A stretch of 64,000 bases of DNA from an uncultured Chloroflexia bacterium (GCA_963813335.1 CAWEYL010000001.1:512001-576000); one strand, 5' to 3'. Shown: positions 48,468 through 59,070, numbered from the stretch's first letter. Program-made: numbers and translations. Notes: generated from the sequence alone by a model not told the origin.

Positions 48468-50149
48468 GCCGGCATCCCCGCGGGGCCTGCGGCATCCGCC
48501 GCGGCCGTGGGCTCCGCCTGGCCGGTGGCCATCATCAGGCCGACCTGCTCCTTGACGGCCGTCTCCCCGTCGAGGATCGCGACGAGCCGGCCGCGGTACA
48601 TCACGCCGATCCGGTCACTCAGCTCGAGGACCTCGTCGAGCTCGGCGGAGACCAGCAGGACGGCCGTGCCCGCGTCGCGCTTGGCGACGATCTGGTTGTG
48701 GATGAACTCGATCGACCCGACGTCGATCCCGCGGGTCGGCTGGTCGGCGATCAGCAGCGTGAGCGGGCGGCTGAACTCGCGTGCCACGATCAGCTTCTGC
48801 TGGTTGCCGCCGGACAGGGTGTTGGTCGGGACCGCACCGGACGGGGTGCGGATGTCGAACTCGGGGATGAGCTCGCCCGCGCGCTTGGTGATCGCGCCCT
48901 CGTTGATGACCCCGTAGCGCGAGTACGGCGCGTCGTGGAAATCGGTCAGGACGAGGTTGTCCTCGATCGGGAAGGCCAGGACCAGGCCGTAGCGGTGCCG
49001 GTCACCCGGGACATAGGCCACGCCGCGCCCGGACAGGTCGCGCGGGGAGTGGTTGATGACGTCCTCGCCGGCCAGCTTCACGACGCCGGACAACGCCTTG
49101 CGCAGGCCCATCAGGGCCTCGACGAGCTCGGCCTGTCCGTTGCCGGCGACACCGGCGATCCCGAAGATCTCGCCGGCACGCACCTCGAAGCTGAGGCCGT
49201 CGACGACGGTCGTGCCGCGGTCGTCCGCGACGGAGATGTCGGCGACGTCGAGCACGACCTCCCCGGGCGACGCCGGGCCTTTCTCGACGACCAGCGACAC
49301 CTCGCGCCCGACCATCATCTCCGCGAGGTCCTCCTCGGTCGCCGTCTTCGGGTCGGCCTGGCCGACCACCTTGCCGCGCCGGATGACGGTGATCGTGTCG
49401 GCGATCTCGAGCACCTCGTACAGCTTGTGGCTGATGAACACGATGCTGGTGCCCTCGGAGGCCAGCCGCCGGAAGACGAGGAAGATCTCGGCGGTCTCCT
49501 GCGGGGTCAGCACGGCCGTGGGCTCGTCGAGGATGAGGACCTTGGCCCCGCGATAGAGGGCCTTCAGGATCTCGATGCGCTGCTGGATGCCGACCGACAG
49601 GTCGCCGACCAGGGCGTTCGGGTCGATCTCGAACCCAAGCTGGTGCGCGAGGTCGCGGATACGGCCGTCCGCCTTCCGGGTGTCGAGGAAGACCGGGTTC
49701 GCCATGGTCTCGTTGCCGAGCACGATGTTCTCGGCCACGGTGAAGACCGGGACGAGCATGAAGTGCTGGTGGACCATGCCGATCCCGCGGGCGATGGCGT
49801 CGGACGGGCCGGCGATGGCCGTCGGCGCGCCGTCGAGCAGGATCTCGCCCGCGTCCGGGGTGAGCAGCCCGTACAGGATGTTCATCAGGGTGCTCTTGCC
49901 GGCGCCGTTCTCGCCGAGCAGGGCGTGGATCTCGCCGGGCTTGATCTGCAGGTCGATCCCGTCGTTGGCGACGACACCGGGGAAGCGCTTGGTGATGCCG
50001 CGCATCTCGAGGCTGGGTGCCGCGCCGGCCAGGACCTGCGGGTCGATGGTGATCCCGCCGCGCGCCCGCTCGGCGGCGACCTGGGCGGGGGTCGGCTCGG
50101 CTGCCGTGATCGAGCCTTCGGGGTGCGGGACGGGCGGGACCTCGGCCAC
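48464..50149 (-). CDS. ABC transporter ATP-binding protein (duplicated NBD, CUT2 type)
   Basis: GENGAGKST, LDEPTAVL, LSGGNQQK, DQPTRGID. Confidence 0.95.
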   Translation of the reverse strand: MAEVPPVPHPEGSITAAEPTPAQVAAERARGGITIDPQVLAGAAPSLEMRGITKRFPGVVANDGIDLQIKPGEIHALLGENGAGKSTLMNILYGLLTPDAGEILLDGAPTAIAGPSDAIARGIGMVHQHFMLVPVFTVAENIVLGNETMANPVFLDTRKADGRIRDLAHQLGFEIDPNALVGDLSVGIQQRIEILKALYRGAKVLILDEPTAVLTPQETAEIFLVFRRLASEGTSIVFISHKLYEVLEIADTITVIRRGKVVGQADPKTATEEDLAEMMVGREVSLVVEKGPASPGEVVLDVADISVADDRGTTVVDGLSFEVRAGEIFGIAGVAGNGQAELVEALMGLRKALSGVVKLAGEDVINHSPRDLSGRGVAYVPGDRHRYGLVLAFPIEDNLVLTDFHDAPYSRYGVINEGAITKRAGELIPEFDIRTPSGAVPTNTLSGGNQQKLIVAREFSRPLTLLIADQPTRGIDVGSIEFIHNQIVAKRDAGTAVLLVSAELDEVLELSDRIGVMYRGRLVAILDGETAVKEQVGLMMATGQAEPTAAADAAGPAGMPA

Positions 50150-50192
50150 AGGCGCCTCCAGACGATGCCTCGGTCAGCGAAGGATAACGAGA

Positions 50193-50220
50193 GCGGCGGG
50201 GCCCCGGAAGGCCCCGCCGC
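50193..50220 (-). terminator. Stem-loop after the BMP gene
   Basis: gcggcggggcc-ccggaa-ggccccgccgc, 11-bp stem. Confidence 0.6.
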
Positions 50221-50247
50221 GACGGTCGTGCGTGGTGCGACGACGAG

Positions 50248-51399
50248 TTACTTGGGCTGCTGGTCGACCACGACGTTGGTCTTGATGGACCCGTCGGCGA
50301 GGCCGGCATAGGTCTTGTCAAGCAGCGCCTGGATGTCCGGCGTGATGAGCGCCGCCTGGTCGTGGAACGGGGCGAGCTTGATGCCGCCGGTCGAGGCGTC
50401 ATCGGTGTGGAACCCGGCCTTGAACTGGCCGGCCGCGATGCGGATCAGCGAGGCCTGGACGGCGCCCAGGACGTTCTTGGTCGCGGAGCTGACGATGCAC
50501 TTGGAGACGCTCGGCAGGGTCAGGAACTGGTCGGTGTCGACACCGATCGCCCAGGTGCCGGGCTTCTTGCACGCCGCCTCGAGGGCGCCGTTGCCGGTCA
50601 GGCCGCCGGCGCCGAAGATGATATCGGCACCCTTGTCGATCATCTGCGTGGCCGCGTTGCTGCCCTGGGGCGGATCGGTGAACGACGTCGTGTAGACGTG
50701 GTCGACCGTGATGTCCGCCTTGACGGACTTCGCACCGGCCTCGTAGCCCTCGACGAACCGCTCGACCGGCGGGACGACCAGCAGGCCGCCGACGACGCCG
50801 ATGTGGTTCGACTTGGTGAGCGAGGCGGCGAGGACGCCGGCCATCCAGCCGGACTGGTCCTCGGCGAAGAACAGCGACTCGCCGTTCGTGGCCCAGCTCT
50901 CGTCGTGGCCCTTGCTGGGCACGCCGTCGACCGAGATGAACTTGACCTTCGGGTTGAGCTTCGCGGCGTCGCCCAGGGCGTCGCCGAGGAGGAACCCGAC
51001 GCCGATCACGATGTCCGAACCGGCATCTGTGAATTCGGCGATGTTCTTCGCATAGTCGCTCTGGCTCTGGGTCTCGATGTACTTCGTGTCGAAGCACGTC
51101 GGGGCCACGGCCAGGGCGGCCTGCATGCCCTCGTAGGCAGACTGGTTGAAGCCCTTGTCATTGATGCGGCCCACGTCGGTGACGAGGCCCACCTTCAGCT
51201 TGGTCGTGCAGGTCGCGGCCGCCGGCGATTCCGACGGGGCGACGCTGGCCGGCGCGCTCGCCGAGGGGGCGACCGATGCCGGCGCGCTCGCCGAGGGGGC
51301 GACCGATGCCGCCGGGCTCGCGGAGCTGCCGCCGCTGGAACACGCCGAGACGAAGATGGCGAGACCCGCGAACAGGGTCAAGCCGAGGCGCTTGTGCAT
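50248..51399 (-). CDS. BMP family nucleoside-binding lipoprotein
   Basis: GGAGGAGG SD, VSAC lipobox, DVGRINDKGFNQSAYEG, GVDTDQ. Confidence 0.93.
   Translation of the reverse strand: MHKRLGLTLFAGLAIFVSACSSGGSSASPAASVAPSASAPASVAPSASAPASVAPSESPAAATCTTKLKVGLVTDVGRINDKGFNQSAYEGMQAALAVAPTCFDTKYIETQSQSDYAKNIAEFTDAGSDIVIGVGFLLGDALGDAAKLNPKVKFISVDGVPSKGHDESWATNGESLFFAEDQSGWMAGVLAASLTKSNHIGVVGGLLVVPPVERFVEGYEAGAKSVKADITVDHVYTTSFTDPPQGSNAATQMIDKGADIIFGAGGLTGNGALEAACKKPGTWAIGVDTDQFLTLPSVSKCIVSSATKNVLGAVQASLIRIAAGQFKAGFHTDDASTGGIKLAPFHDQAALITPDIQALLDKTYAGLADGSIKTNVVVDQQPK
51234..51310 (-). repeat. 30-bp tandem repeat encoding the ASVAPSASAP linker
   Basis: gccggcgcgctcgccgagggggcgaccgat present twice plus a degenerate flank. 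Confidence 0.8.
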
Positions 51400-51535
51400 G
51401 TGTCCTCCTCCAGACCCTCGAGCCCCGGCCGAGTCGCGCCGGTGGCCGCGAGGGATTCCGAGCCGACCGCGAGTCCCGGGTCGGCGCCGATAGGCCATCC
51501 TACCGCACCGCAGGGGACTTGGGCATACTCCTTCG

Positions 51536-52498
51536 ATGACCGAACGGATCCCGTTCATCCTCGACTGCGATCCCGGGCACGACGACGCCCTGGCCATGAT
51601 CCTGGGGATCGCCCGTCCGGAGCTCGAGCTGCTGGCGGTCACGACCGTCGGCGGCAACGCCCCGCTGGCGGCCACCACCGACAACGCGCTGCGGGTCCTC
51701 ACGCTGGCCGGCCGGACCGACATCCCGGTCGCGGCCGGTGCCGCCGGTCCGCTCATGCGACCGCTCCACGTGGCGAGCGATGTCCACGGCGGATCCGGTC
51801 TCGGCGGCGCCGACCTGCCGGATCCGACGGTCGGCGTCCGCCCGGAAGGGGCGATCGAGCTGCTGCGGGCGACGCTCGAGCGGGCCGACCGGCCGGTCAC
51901 GATCGCCGCCGTCGGCCCACTCACGAACATCGCGCTGCTGCTGCGGACGCATCCGCACCTTGCGGAGCGCATCGCCAGCCTGCGGATCATGGGCGGCGCG
52001 ATCACCGAGGGGAACACCACGGCGTCCGCCGAGTTCAACATCTGGCAGGACCCGGAAGCGGCCAGGATCGTCTTCGAGTGCGGCCGGCCGATCACGATGA
52101 TGCCGCTCGATGTCACCCACCAGGCGCTCTTCACCGACGCCGATGTGGAACGCCTGCTCGCCGTCGGCACGCGGCCGGCGCGCATCTTCGCCGACCTGCT
52201 CCGGTTCTTCGCGCGGTTCCACCGTCAGCGCTACGGCTGGGACGGCTCGCCGATCCACGACGCGGTGACCGTCGGCCATCTCGCGGTGCCCGACCTCGTC
52301 GAGACCGTCGCCTACCGCGTGGACATCGAGACGGTCGGCGAGCTGACCCGCGGCCGCACCGTGGTCGACCTGCACGGCCTCACCGGCCGGCCGCCGAACG
52401 CCGAGGTCGGCGTCGCGATCGACCGACCCCGGTTCATCGACATGCTCATCGCGGCGGTCGCCTCGATCGAGGATCGAGCGGGGCCTGCAGGAACGTGA
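51536..52498 (+). CDS. Inosine/uridine-preferring nucleoside hydrolase
   Basis: LDCDPGHDD, GPLTNIA, AEFNIWQDPEAA, PIHD. Confidence 0.95.
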   Translation: MTERIPFILDCDPGHDDALAMILGIARPELELLAVTTVGGNAPLAATTDNALRVLTLAGRTDIPVAAGAAGPLMRPLHVASDVHGGSGLGGADLPDPTVGVRPEGAIELLRATLERADRPVTIAAVGPLTNIALLLRTHPHLAERIASLRIMGGAITEGNTTASAEFNIWQDPEAARIVFECGRPITMMPLDVTHQALFTDADVERLLAVGTRPARIFADLLRFFARFHRQRYGWDGSPIHDAVTVGHLAVPDLVETVAYRVDIETVGELTRGRTVVDLHGLTGRPPNAEVGVAIDRPRFIDMLIAAVASIEDRAGPAGT

Positions 52499-53121
52499 GC
52501 CGGCTGGCCGCCGACGGACGCGTGCTCCGCTACGTCGCGCTGGGCGACTCCTACACCATCGGCACCTCCGTGGCCGCCGACGAGCGCTGGCCCGACCAGC
52601 TGGTCGCCGCGCTCGGATCCGGCCGGCCCCGGCTCGACCTGGTCGCGAACCTCGGCGTGAACGGGTATACGTCCGCCGACGTGATCCGCGACGAACTGCC
52701 GCCCCTGGCCGGCCTGCGACCGGACCTCGTGAGCGTGCTGATCGGCGTCAACGACGTCGTCCAGGGCGTCCCGGCGGATGTGTACGAACGGAACGTCGTG
52801 CGGATCCTGGACGCGGTCCTGGAGCTCGTGCCGGCCCGCCGGATCCTGACCGTGGCGGTCCCCGACTACACCGTGACCCCGGCCGGTGCCGACTACGGCG
52901 AGCCGACCGCGCGGCGGGCCTCGATCGTCGAGCGCAACGCGACGATGGCGGTACTCGCCACCGGGCGGGGGATCGCCTTCGTCGACATCTTCGACCTGTC
53001 GTCGCGCGCCGCCGTGGACCGCTCGCTGGTCGCCGCGGACGGCCTCCATCCCTCGGCCGCCCAATACGCGCTCTGGGTCGAGCGGATCCGCCCGGTCGTC
53101 GAGGGCCTGCTGGCCAGCTAG
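52495..53121 (+). CDS. SGNH/GDSL hydrolase
   Basis: ALGDSYT, IGVND, DGLHPS. Confidence 0.92.
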   Translation: MSRLAADGRVLRYVALGDSYTIGTSVAADERWPDQLVAALGSGRPRLDLVANLGVNGYTSADVIRDELPPLAGLRPDLVSVLIGVNDVVQGVPADVYERNVVRILDAVLELVPARRILTVAVPDYTVTPAGADYGEPTARRASIVERNATMAVLATGRGIAFVDIFDLSSRAAVDRSLVAADGLHPSAAQYALWVERIRPVVEGLLAS

Positions 53122-53504
53122 CCCCGGCGCCCGTCCTGCAGCTCGTGGAGCCGTGCGTCGCTGATCCCGAAATGGTGGGCGATCTCGTGGTGGACGGTAT
53201 CGGTCACGCCGGCCGCGAGCGCGTCGGGCGTCCGGTACGCGCGCAGCAGGGGACCACGGAAGATCGTGATCTTGCTGGGGACGGCTACCTGGTCGGCGCC
53301 GTAGGCGGTCCGCGGGATGCCGTAGTACAGCCCGAAGAGCCCACGCGCCCCGACCGAGGCGAGCTGGTCGGCGGTCGGCTCCTCCTCGATGACGATCGCG
53401 ACGCTCCCGAGTCGCTCGGCGAACGCCGGCGGCAGCGCCTCGAGCGCGTCGATGACCAGTCCCTCGAGGTCGGGCTCGGGCTCGGGCGCCAGGTCGGATG
53501 TCAT
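53118..53504 (-). CDS. Zincin-like metallopeptidase family protein
   Basis: LFGLYYGIP, ITIFRGPL, HEIAHHFGISD. Confidence 0.9.
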   Translation of the reverse strand: MTSDLAPEPEPDLEGLVIDALEALPPAFAERLGSVAIVIEEEPTADQLASVGARGLFGLYYGIPRTAYGADQVAVPSKITIFRGPLLRAYRTPDALAAGVTDTVHHEIAHHFGISDARLHELQDGRRG

Positions 53505-53582
53505 GGTCGGCGCCATGGTACGGGCGATCCGCGACCCGGTCGTCGCACGCTGTCCAGGCCCGGGGCGGCCTGCTGGTCCGGT

Positions 53583-54494
53583 TCAGCTCGCGTCGAGGAT
53601 CTCCAGCACGGGCGCCATCGCCTCGAGCGCGGCCGGCGTCTGCGGCCAGAGCATGCACTCGACCCGGGTGAACCCGGCGGCATGGAACGTCAGGAGCGCG
53701 TCGGCGATCGCCTCGGCGCTCCCGTCGATGGCGCCGCTCGACGCGTCGGACCCGCCGCTGGCCACGAGCGGGGCGACCTCCACGCCGGCCGAACGACCGA
53801 TGGTCGCCGGGTCCCGCCCGACGTCCGCGCACGCGGCCAAGAGGGCCTGGAGCCGCGGGCCGAGTTCCGTGACATCGCTCTGACGCTCGGCGTAGCAGCT
53901 CCAGATGTCCGCCAGCAGGGCAGCATGGCGGACGCCCTTCGGCCCATGGCCGGCCAGCATGATCGGGATCCGGCCCGGGCGAGGCCCGACCGGACGTTGG
54001 TCGAGGTGGGCGGCGAAGTACGGACCGTCATGATCGGCGCGACCGCCGCGGAGCAGCGGCACGATGACCTGGAGCGATTCCTCGAACCGCTCGTAGACGT
54101 GGTCTTCGGGCAGCCCGAACGCGTGCGCCTGGCCGGGCCAGGCGTGTCCGGCCCCGAGACCGAAGATGAAGCGGCCCCCGCTGATCTCGTCCAGTGTCTC
54201 GACGGCCTTGGCCGTGATACCCGGATTGCGGTGCAGGGCGGCGGTCACCCAGGTCCCGACCTCGATCCGCGAGGTCACGGCCGCGACCGCGCCGGCCATC
54301 GCGACGCCTTCCCAGAAGCCCTGGGCCGGCTTGTCCTCGCGGAGCCACAGCAGCTCGTCGGGCGTCCAGACGGTGTCGAAGCCCATCGCCTCGGCACGAA
54401 GCGCGAGGTCGCGGATCTCGGCCCAGCGGGCGACCCGCCGCGGTTCGTCGATCTCGCCCGTGATGAGCGTGACGCCGACCTTGAACGGGCGCAT
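53583..54494 (-). CDS. LLM class flavin-dependent oxidoreductase
   Basis: AEAMGFDTVWTPD, TLDEISGGRFIFGLGAG. Confidence 0.9.
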   Translation of the reverse strand: MRPFKVGVTLITGEIDEPRRVARWAEIRDLALRAEAMGFDTVWTPDELLWLREDKPAQGFWEGVAMAGAVAAVTSRIEVGTWVTAALHRNPGITAKAVETLDEISGGRFIFGLGAGHAWPGQAHAFGLPEDHVYERFEESLQVIVPLLRGGRADHDGPYFAAHLDQRPVGPRPGRIPIMLAGHGPKGVRHAALLADIWSCYAERQSDVTELGPRLQALLAACADVGRDPATIGRSAGVEVAPLVASGGSDASSGAIDGSAEAIADALLTFHAAGFTRVECMLWPQTPAALEAMAPVLEILDAS

Positions 54495-54689
54495 GGGAAC
54501 CTCGGGTAACGAGACGGACGCGACGGAGTCTAGCGACCGGCCGGCTCACCGGGATGGTCGACACGCTTGCCGTCGTGCGATGAGCGCCGGCGGCTCGGTG
54601 TGAACAGGCGGCCAGGCCGCCCGGCCGAAGCCTGATGGGCCTGTAACAGCACCCCCGTCGATCGCGTCATCTGGTTGCGCGAGGTGACC

Positions 54690-55952
54690 ATGTCGCGACG
54701 ACGAGCGCGGAGCCTGATGACGCAGCTTCTGCTGCCGGTCGTCGCCATCGTGTCGATCGTCCTGACGGGGGCCGCCTGCGGAACGGCCACCTCCTCGGCC
54801 GTACCGTCACGATCGCCGGCCATCGAGCCCACGGCACAGCCATCGGCGGCCACGACGATCACGCCAGCACCGACGCTGGCTGACGACTGGCGGCCCGTCC
54901 CGGAGCAGGCGTCGGTCCAGGGTGTCCAGTTCCACCACGTCGTCTGGACGGGAACCAGGTTCGTCGCCACGGGTGGCGCCCTCGACGGTGACGGCGCGTT
55001 CCTCGACTCCGCCGATGGCCTCGTCTGGCATCGGCAGCCGGGTTCCACGGCGGCTGCATTCCCAGACGCGCTTGCGGTCGGGCCGACCGGCGTCGTCGCG
55101 GTGGGGACGATCGACGACCATCCGGCCAGCTGGTTCTCGCCCGACGGTCTGACCTGGAACGTCAAGGCGGATGCCTTCCCGATGCCTCACCTCGGCACCG
55201 ACACGGCGAGCGTGACCAGTGTCGCGTCAACCCCGGCAGGCTGGTTGGCGGTCGGGGTCCAGGATCCCATGTGTCACGTCAACTGCGGGCTGACGCCGGT
55301 CCGGGCGCTGGTCTGGACCTCGAGTGACGGACTCCAGTGGGTCCGGGTCGCGGACCAGGCATCGTTCGACGGAGCGGGCATGAGTTCGGTCGTCGAGGGG
55401 GGACCGGGGTTCGTGGCGGCTGGCTCCAGCGCCGGGCACGCCGCGATCTGGACGTCCGCGGACGGCTCGACGTGGTCTCGTGTCGCCGACGATCCGATGT
55501 TCCACGCGCGGCACGGCACGGACCCGTCGTACTCGACCGCCGTCAGCGGGCTGGCGACCGGCCACGGGTTGAACGTCGCGGTAGGCATGGACGCTGCCGC
55601 GGGTGGTGGCGAGGGCGGGGCGGTTCGCGCCTGGTGGTCCGCCGACGGACGGACGTGGGCGGAGGCGACCGGGGACCGCTTCCAGTCGGGTCAGGTGTTC
55701 AGCGTCGCGACGACGCCAGAGGGATTCCTGGCGACCGGTCCGTCGGGTGAGCAGAGTTGCCTTGGGGGCATCTGGGCCTCGAGCGACGGGCGCGATTGGT
55801 CGTGCGTGGCCTCAGACTCGATGTTCGCTGGCTTCGGTCCATATGCGGCGGCCGCATCGTCGTCGTGCGAGGTCGCGGTCGGCCTCGAGTCCCTGGCGGA
55901 TCCACCGCCGGCCGGACTGCCAGGTGCCGTCTGGCAGCGAACGCTCCCATGA
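54690..55952 (+). CDS. Secreted lipoprotein with repeated WxSxDG (Asp-box-like) beta-propeller
   Basis: GAGGTG SD, GAAC lipobox, about six SxDGxxW repeats. Confidence 0.75.
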   Translation: MSRRRARSLMTQLLLPVVAIVSIVLTGAACGTATSSAVPSRSPAIEPTAQPSAATTITPAPTLADDWRPVPEQASVQGVQFHHVVWTGTRFVATGGALDGDGAFLDSADGLVWHRQPGSTAAAFPDALAVGPTGVVAVGTIDDHPASWFSPDGLTWNVKADAFPMPHLGTDTASVTSVASTPAGWLAVGVQDPMCHVNCGLTPVRALVWTSSDGLQWVRVADQASFDGAGMSSVVEGGPGFVAAGSSAGHAAIWTSADGSTWSRVADDPMFHARHGTDPSYSTAVSGLATGHGLNVAVGMDAAAGGGEGGAVRAWWSADGRTWAEATGDRFQSGQVFSVATTPEGFLATGPSGEQSCLGGIWASSDGRDWSCVASDSMFAGFGPYAAAASSSCEVAVGLESLADPPPAGLPGAVWQRTLP

Positions 55953-56078
55953 CGCTCGGTGGGACCGCCCTGCCCGGCCACCGCTGAAAGCTCCCAGGCT
56001 CGAGGCTCACGCGTGGTCGTCGGGCCCTGCCGGCGGCTCTGGGGCTATCCTCAGTCGTCAGACCAGCTCGACGCGAAG

Positions 56079-57302
56079 ATGAGGCGAGCCATCGACAGGG
56101 GACCTTCGCTCCGGCAACGCCTCCAGATCGCCGTGACGCGGCTGATCTCGATCGCCGACCTGTCGACGGATGACGACGACGCTCGTCTCCGAAAGCGCGC
56201 CGGTGTGGTCGCCGGATACGCCACGATCGTCGCCCCGCTCGCCCTGCCGCTCGAAGGAGGGCTCGTCGGCATGGCGCTTGGCGTCGGGTTCTCGCTGTTC
56301 AGCGTCGGCAACCTGGTGGTCCTGGCCCGAACGAAGCGCTTCGATCGGTACGTCATCGCCTTCCTCGCACTCGGGCCGGCGTTCGTCCTGGCGGCGAACG
56401 TCCTCGCCGGCGGGGTCACGACGAACAGCGGCAGCCTCGTCTGGGCGTTCCTCGCGCCGGCCTACGCCCTGCTCGCACTCGGACCCCGACGCGCGAGGCC
56501 GTGGTTCGTCGTCTTCCTCGCAGCCCTGCTGGTCGCGGTCGTGACGGACCCGCTCGTCCGCGGTCTCTTCGCGCCACCGCCATACGTCATCCAGCTGATC
56601 TTCTACGCGCAGAACATCGGCGTCCCGCTGACGATCACCTTCCTCCTCCTGCTCTACACCGACCTGCGACGACGCGCGGCCGAGGCGCGCTCCGACGAGC
56701 TCCTGACGAACGCCATCCCGGCATCGATCGCGACCCGCCTCAAGCACGGCGAGGACAGCATCGCCGAGACCTACCCCGCGACGACCGTGGTCTTCACGGA
56801 TATCGTCGGCTTCACGCCATGGGCGCAGCGGACCGGCCCGGCGCGCATCGTGGCGCTCCTCGACGACCTCTTCAGCCGATTCGACACGGTCGCGGCCGAG
56901 CTCGGCATCGAGAAGATCAAGACCGTCGGCGACGCGTACATGGCCGCCGCCGGCGCCCCGCAGGCCCGCGCGGACCACGCACAGGCCGCGGTCGCCTTCG
57001 GGCGGGCGGTCCTCGCCGAGGTCGCCGCCTGGCGATCGGCCAATGACCTGGCGCTCGAGGTGCGGGTCGGCGTGGCCAGTGGCCCGGTCGTCGGCGGCGT
57101 CATCGGTCAGCGGCGGATCGTCTTCGACCTCTGGGGCGACACGGTGAACACGGCAGCGCGGATGGAGTCGTCGGGCGTCCCCGGGCGGATCCACCTCGCC
57201 GCCGCGACGCGGGATCTCCTGGGTGGCGACGGATTCGAAGCGCGACAGGTCGACGTCAAGGGCTTGGGGATGATGACGACCTACCTCGTGGCCGACGCGT
57301 AG
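56079..57302 (+). CDS. Membrane-bound class III adenylate cyclase
   Basis: About 6 TM segments, FTDIVGFT, EKIKTVGDAYM, FDLWGDTVNTAARME (K/D pair suggests ATP specificity). Confidence 0.92.
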   Translation: MRRAIDRGPSLRQRLQIAVTRLISIADLSTDDDDARLRKRAGVVAGYATIVAPLALPLEGGLVGMALGVGFSLFSVGNLVVLARTKRFDRYVIAFLALGPAFVLAANVLAGGVTTNSGSLVWAFLAPAYALLALGPRRARPWFVVFLAALLVAVVTDPLVRGLFAPPPYVIQLIFYAQNIGVPLTITFLLLLYTDLRRRAAEARSDELLTNAIPASIATRLKHGEDSIAETYPATTVVFTDIVGFTPWAQRTGPARIVALLDDLFSRFDTVAAELGIEKIKTVGDAYMAAAGAPQARADHAQAAVAFGRAVLAEVAAWRSANDLALEVRVGVASGPVVGGVIGQRRIVFDLWGDTVNTAARMESSGVPGRIHLAAATRDLLGGDGFEARQVDVKGLGMMTTYLVADA

Positions 57303-57323
57303 CGTTTCGCGTAGCGTTGCCGC

Positions 57324-57725
57324 ATGAGCCGGGAAGCCGAGGAGATGAACCGCCACCTCCTTCGCGCGCGCGACGCCATGGACCGCGCCTACGCCGAGCC
57401 GCTCGACGTCCGCGCCGTGGCCGCGGTGGCCTGCGTCTCCGAGGCCCATTTCAGCCGCAGCTTCCGGGCGGTGTTCGGCGAGACGCCGCACCGCTACCTC
57501 CAGCGGCGGCGGGTCGAGCGCTCGATGTTCCTGCTGCGCGAGACCGACCGGAGCGTCACCGACATCTGCCTCGACGTCGGCTTCACCAGCCTCGGGACGT
57601 TCAGCCGGACGTTCCACGAGATCGTCGGCGAGACGCCGTCCGGCTACCGGATGGGCCATGGCCCGATCGTCGCGCCCAACTGCGTCCAGCTGGCGGCCAT
57701 GCGACCGCAAGGCCGGTCGGGCTGA
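57324..57725 (+). CDS. AraC family regulator (DNA-binding domain only)
   Basis: LRARDAMDRAYAEPLD, HFSRSFR, VGFTSLGTFSR. Confidence 0.92.
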   Translation: MSREAEEMNRHLLRARDAMDRAYAEPLDVRAVAAVACVSEAHFSRSFRAVFGETPHRYLQRRRVERSMFLLRETDRSVTDICLDVGFTSLGTFSRTFHEIVGETPSGYRMGHGPIVAPNCVQLAAMRPQGRSG

Positions 57726-57819
57726 GGATGCGATCGAGCAGGTTCGGAGAAGCCGCGACCGAGGCGGCTGCCTAGGATCAGCGTCACGCCGATCGAATTC
57801 GCACCGGACAGGAGATGCC

Positions 57820-58251
57820 GTGATCACCAGGCTGAACGTCGCGTCGATCTACGTCCTCGACAAGGAGGAGGCGCTCGACTTCTACGTCAACAAGCTCGGA
57901 CTCGAGGTGGGCAACGACATCCGGCAGGGTGACTACCGCTGGCTGACGGTCCGCGTCCCCGGCGAGCGCGCGACCGAGATCTCCCTCGAACAACCAGGCC
58001 CGCCGCTGCACGACGAGGCGACCGGCGCGCAGCTCCGCGAGCTGATCACCAAGGGCGCCCTGGGTGGGCTCGTCTTCATCACGGACGACGCCCGAGGCCT
58101 GTACGAGACCCTCAAGGCACGCGGCGTCACCGACTTCACCCAGGAGCCCACCGAGCACTTCTACGGCACCGACATGGGCCTGCGCGATCCCTTCGGCAAC
58201 GCGATCCGAATCCTGCAGCAGGGGAAGGTCGCGCAGCGCACGACCGCCTGA
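57820..58251 (+). CDS. VOC/glyoxalase family protein
   Basis: ALDFYVNKLG, YRWLTV, RDPFGN; common AraC-VOC pair. Confidence 0.92.
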   Translation: MITRLNVASIYVLDKEEALDFYVNKLGLEVGNDIRQGDYRWLTVRVPGERATEISLEQPGPPLHDEATGAQLRELITKGALGGLVFITDDARGLYETLKARGVTDFTQEPTEHFYGTDMGLRDPFGNAIRILQQGKVAQRTTA

Positions 58252-58306
58252 CGGATCCCGGACAGGCGCCACGACAGACGGACGCGAGGCACCAGGTTCG
58301 AGTCCG

Positions 58307-59036
58307 TCACGGATCGCCTGGACCCACGGCGAGCTGCGCGAGATCGGGCGCCACCAAGGCCAGGAGCTCGATCGCATCCTGTCGGACGGCCTCGCGGATC
58401 TCGTCTGGTCGCTCGCAAGGGTCATTCGCGATGGTCGCGACCAGTGTCTGGATCGCCTTGCGGGTGGCCGGACCGTCGAGCACCAACAGGTCCTCGGTCG
58501 ACGACCATTCCTCGATCCAGCCGAGTGGATCGTCCTCAGACCGCACGGTCTTCAGCCGGACGCCGTCCGGGGTCCGCCACCAGGTTGCCGGTGACTGGAT
58601 CGGGCCGCGGACCACTCGCCCGAGGTCGAGCGCGAGGTCCTTCGGGGTCGGGGTGCGGCAGGTCTGCCGCCACCTGACGAGCCTGCTCCAGACCCCGACG
58701 CGTGTATGTATCGACGGCCTCCGCCATCCGCTCATCAAGGAGCCGGCGCGCAGCGGATGCCACCTCCTCGAGCGCCGCCGTCCCCTGGGGAGTGGGCCGG
58801 ACGACTCGGTCCTTGTCGATCGCGACGAGGGCAGACCCAGGGTAGTGCGGATCCTCTCCGAACCAGTCGCCGGTGTCCGGGTCCTCGAGGACCGAAACGC
58901 AGACCACCTCAGCGCCCTGAAGGGCCAGCTCCGGGACGAGCACGACGATGTCTCGGCGGACGAGCCCGTGGCCGGTGGGCTCGATCCGGATCGGCGGGCG
59001 TCGCCGGGGAGCGGGTAGGTCACCCCAGCTCTTCAT
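58307..59036 (-). CDS. Hypothetical protein (probable frameshift ~58645)
   Basis: Protein-like N-terminal part in the 58536..59036 frame joins a protein-like C-terminal part in the 58307..59023 frame; no recognised motif. Confidence 0.5.
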
Positions 59037-59070
59037 GCGCTCGACCGTCCTTTGCCCGTGCTACGCGGTG

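Noticed and set aside
50362-53121. Apparent 919-aa SGNH fusion and 645-aa BMP
   Set aside because: Open shadow frames; real starts are 52495 and 51399, with an overlap start and an SD respectively.
58291-58310. GGTTCGAGTCC resembling a tRNA T-loop or att site
   Set aside because: The flanking stem pairs for only 2 bp; no acceptor stem or cloverleaf.
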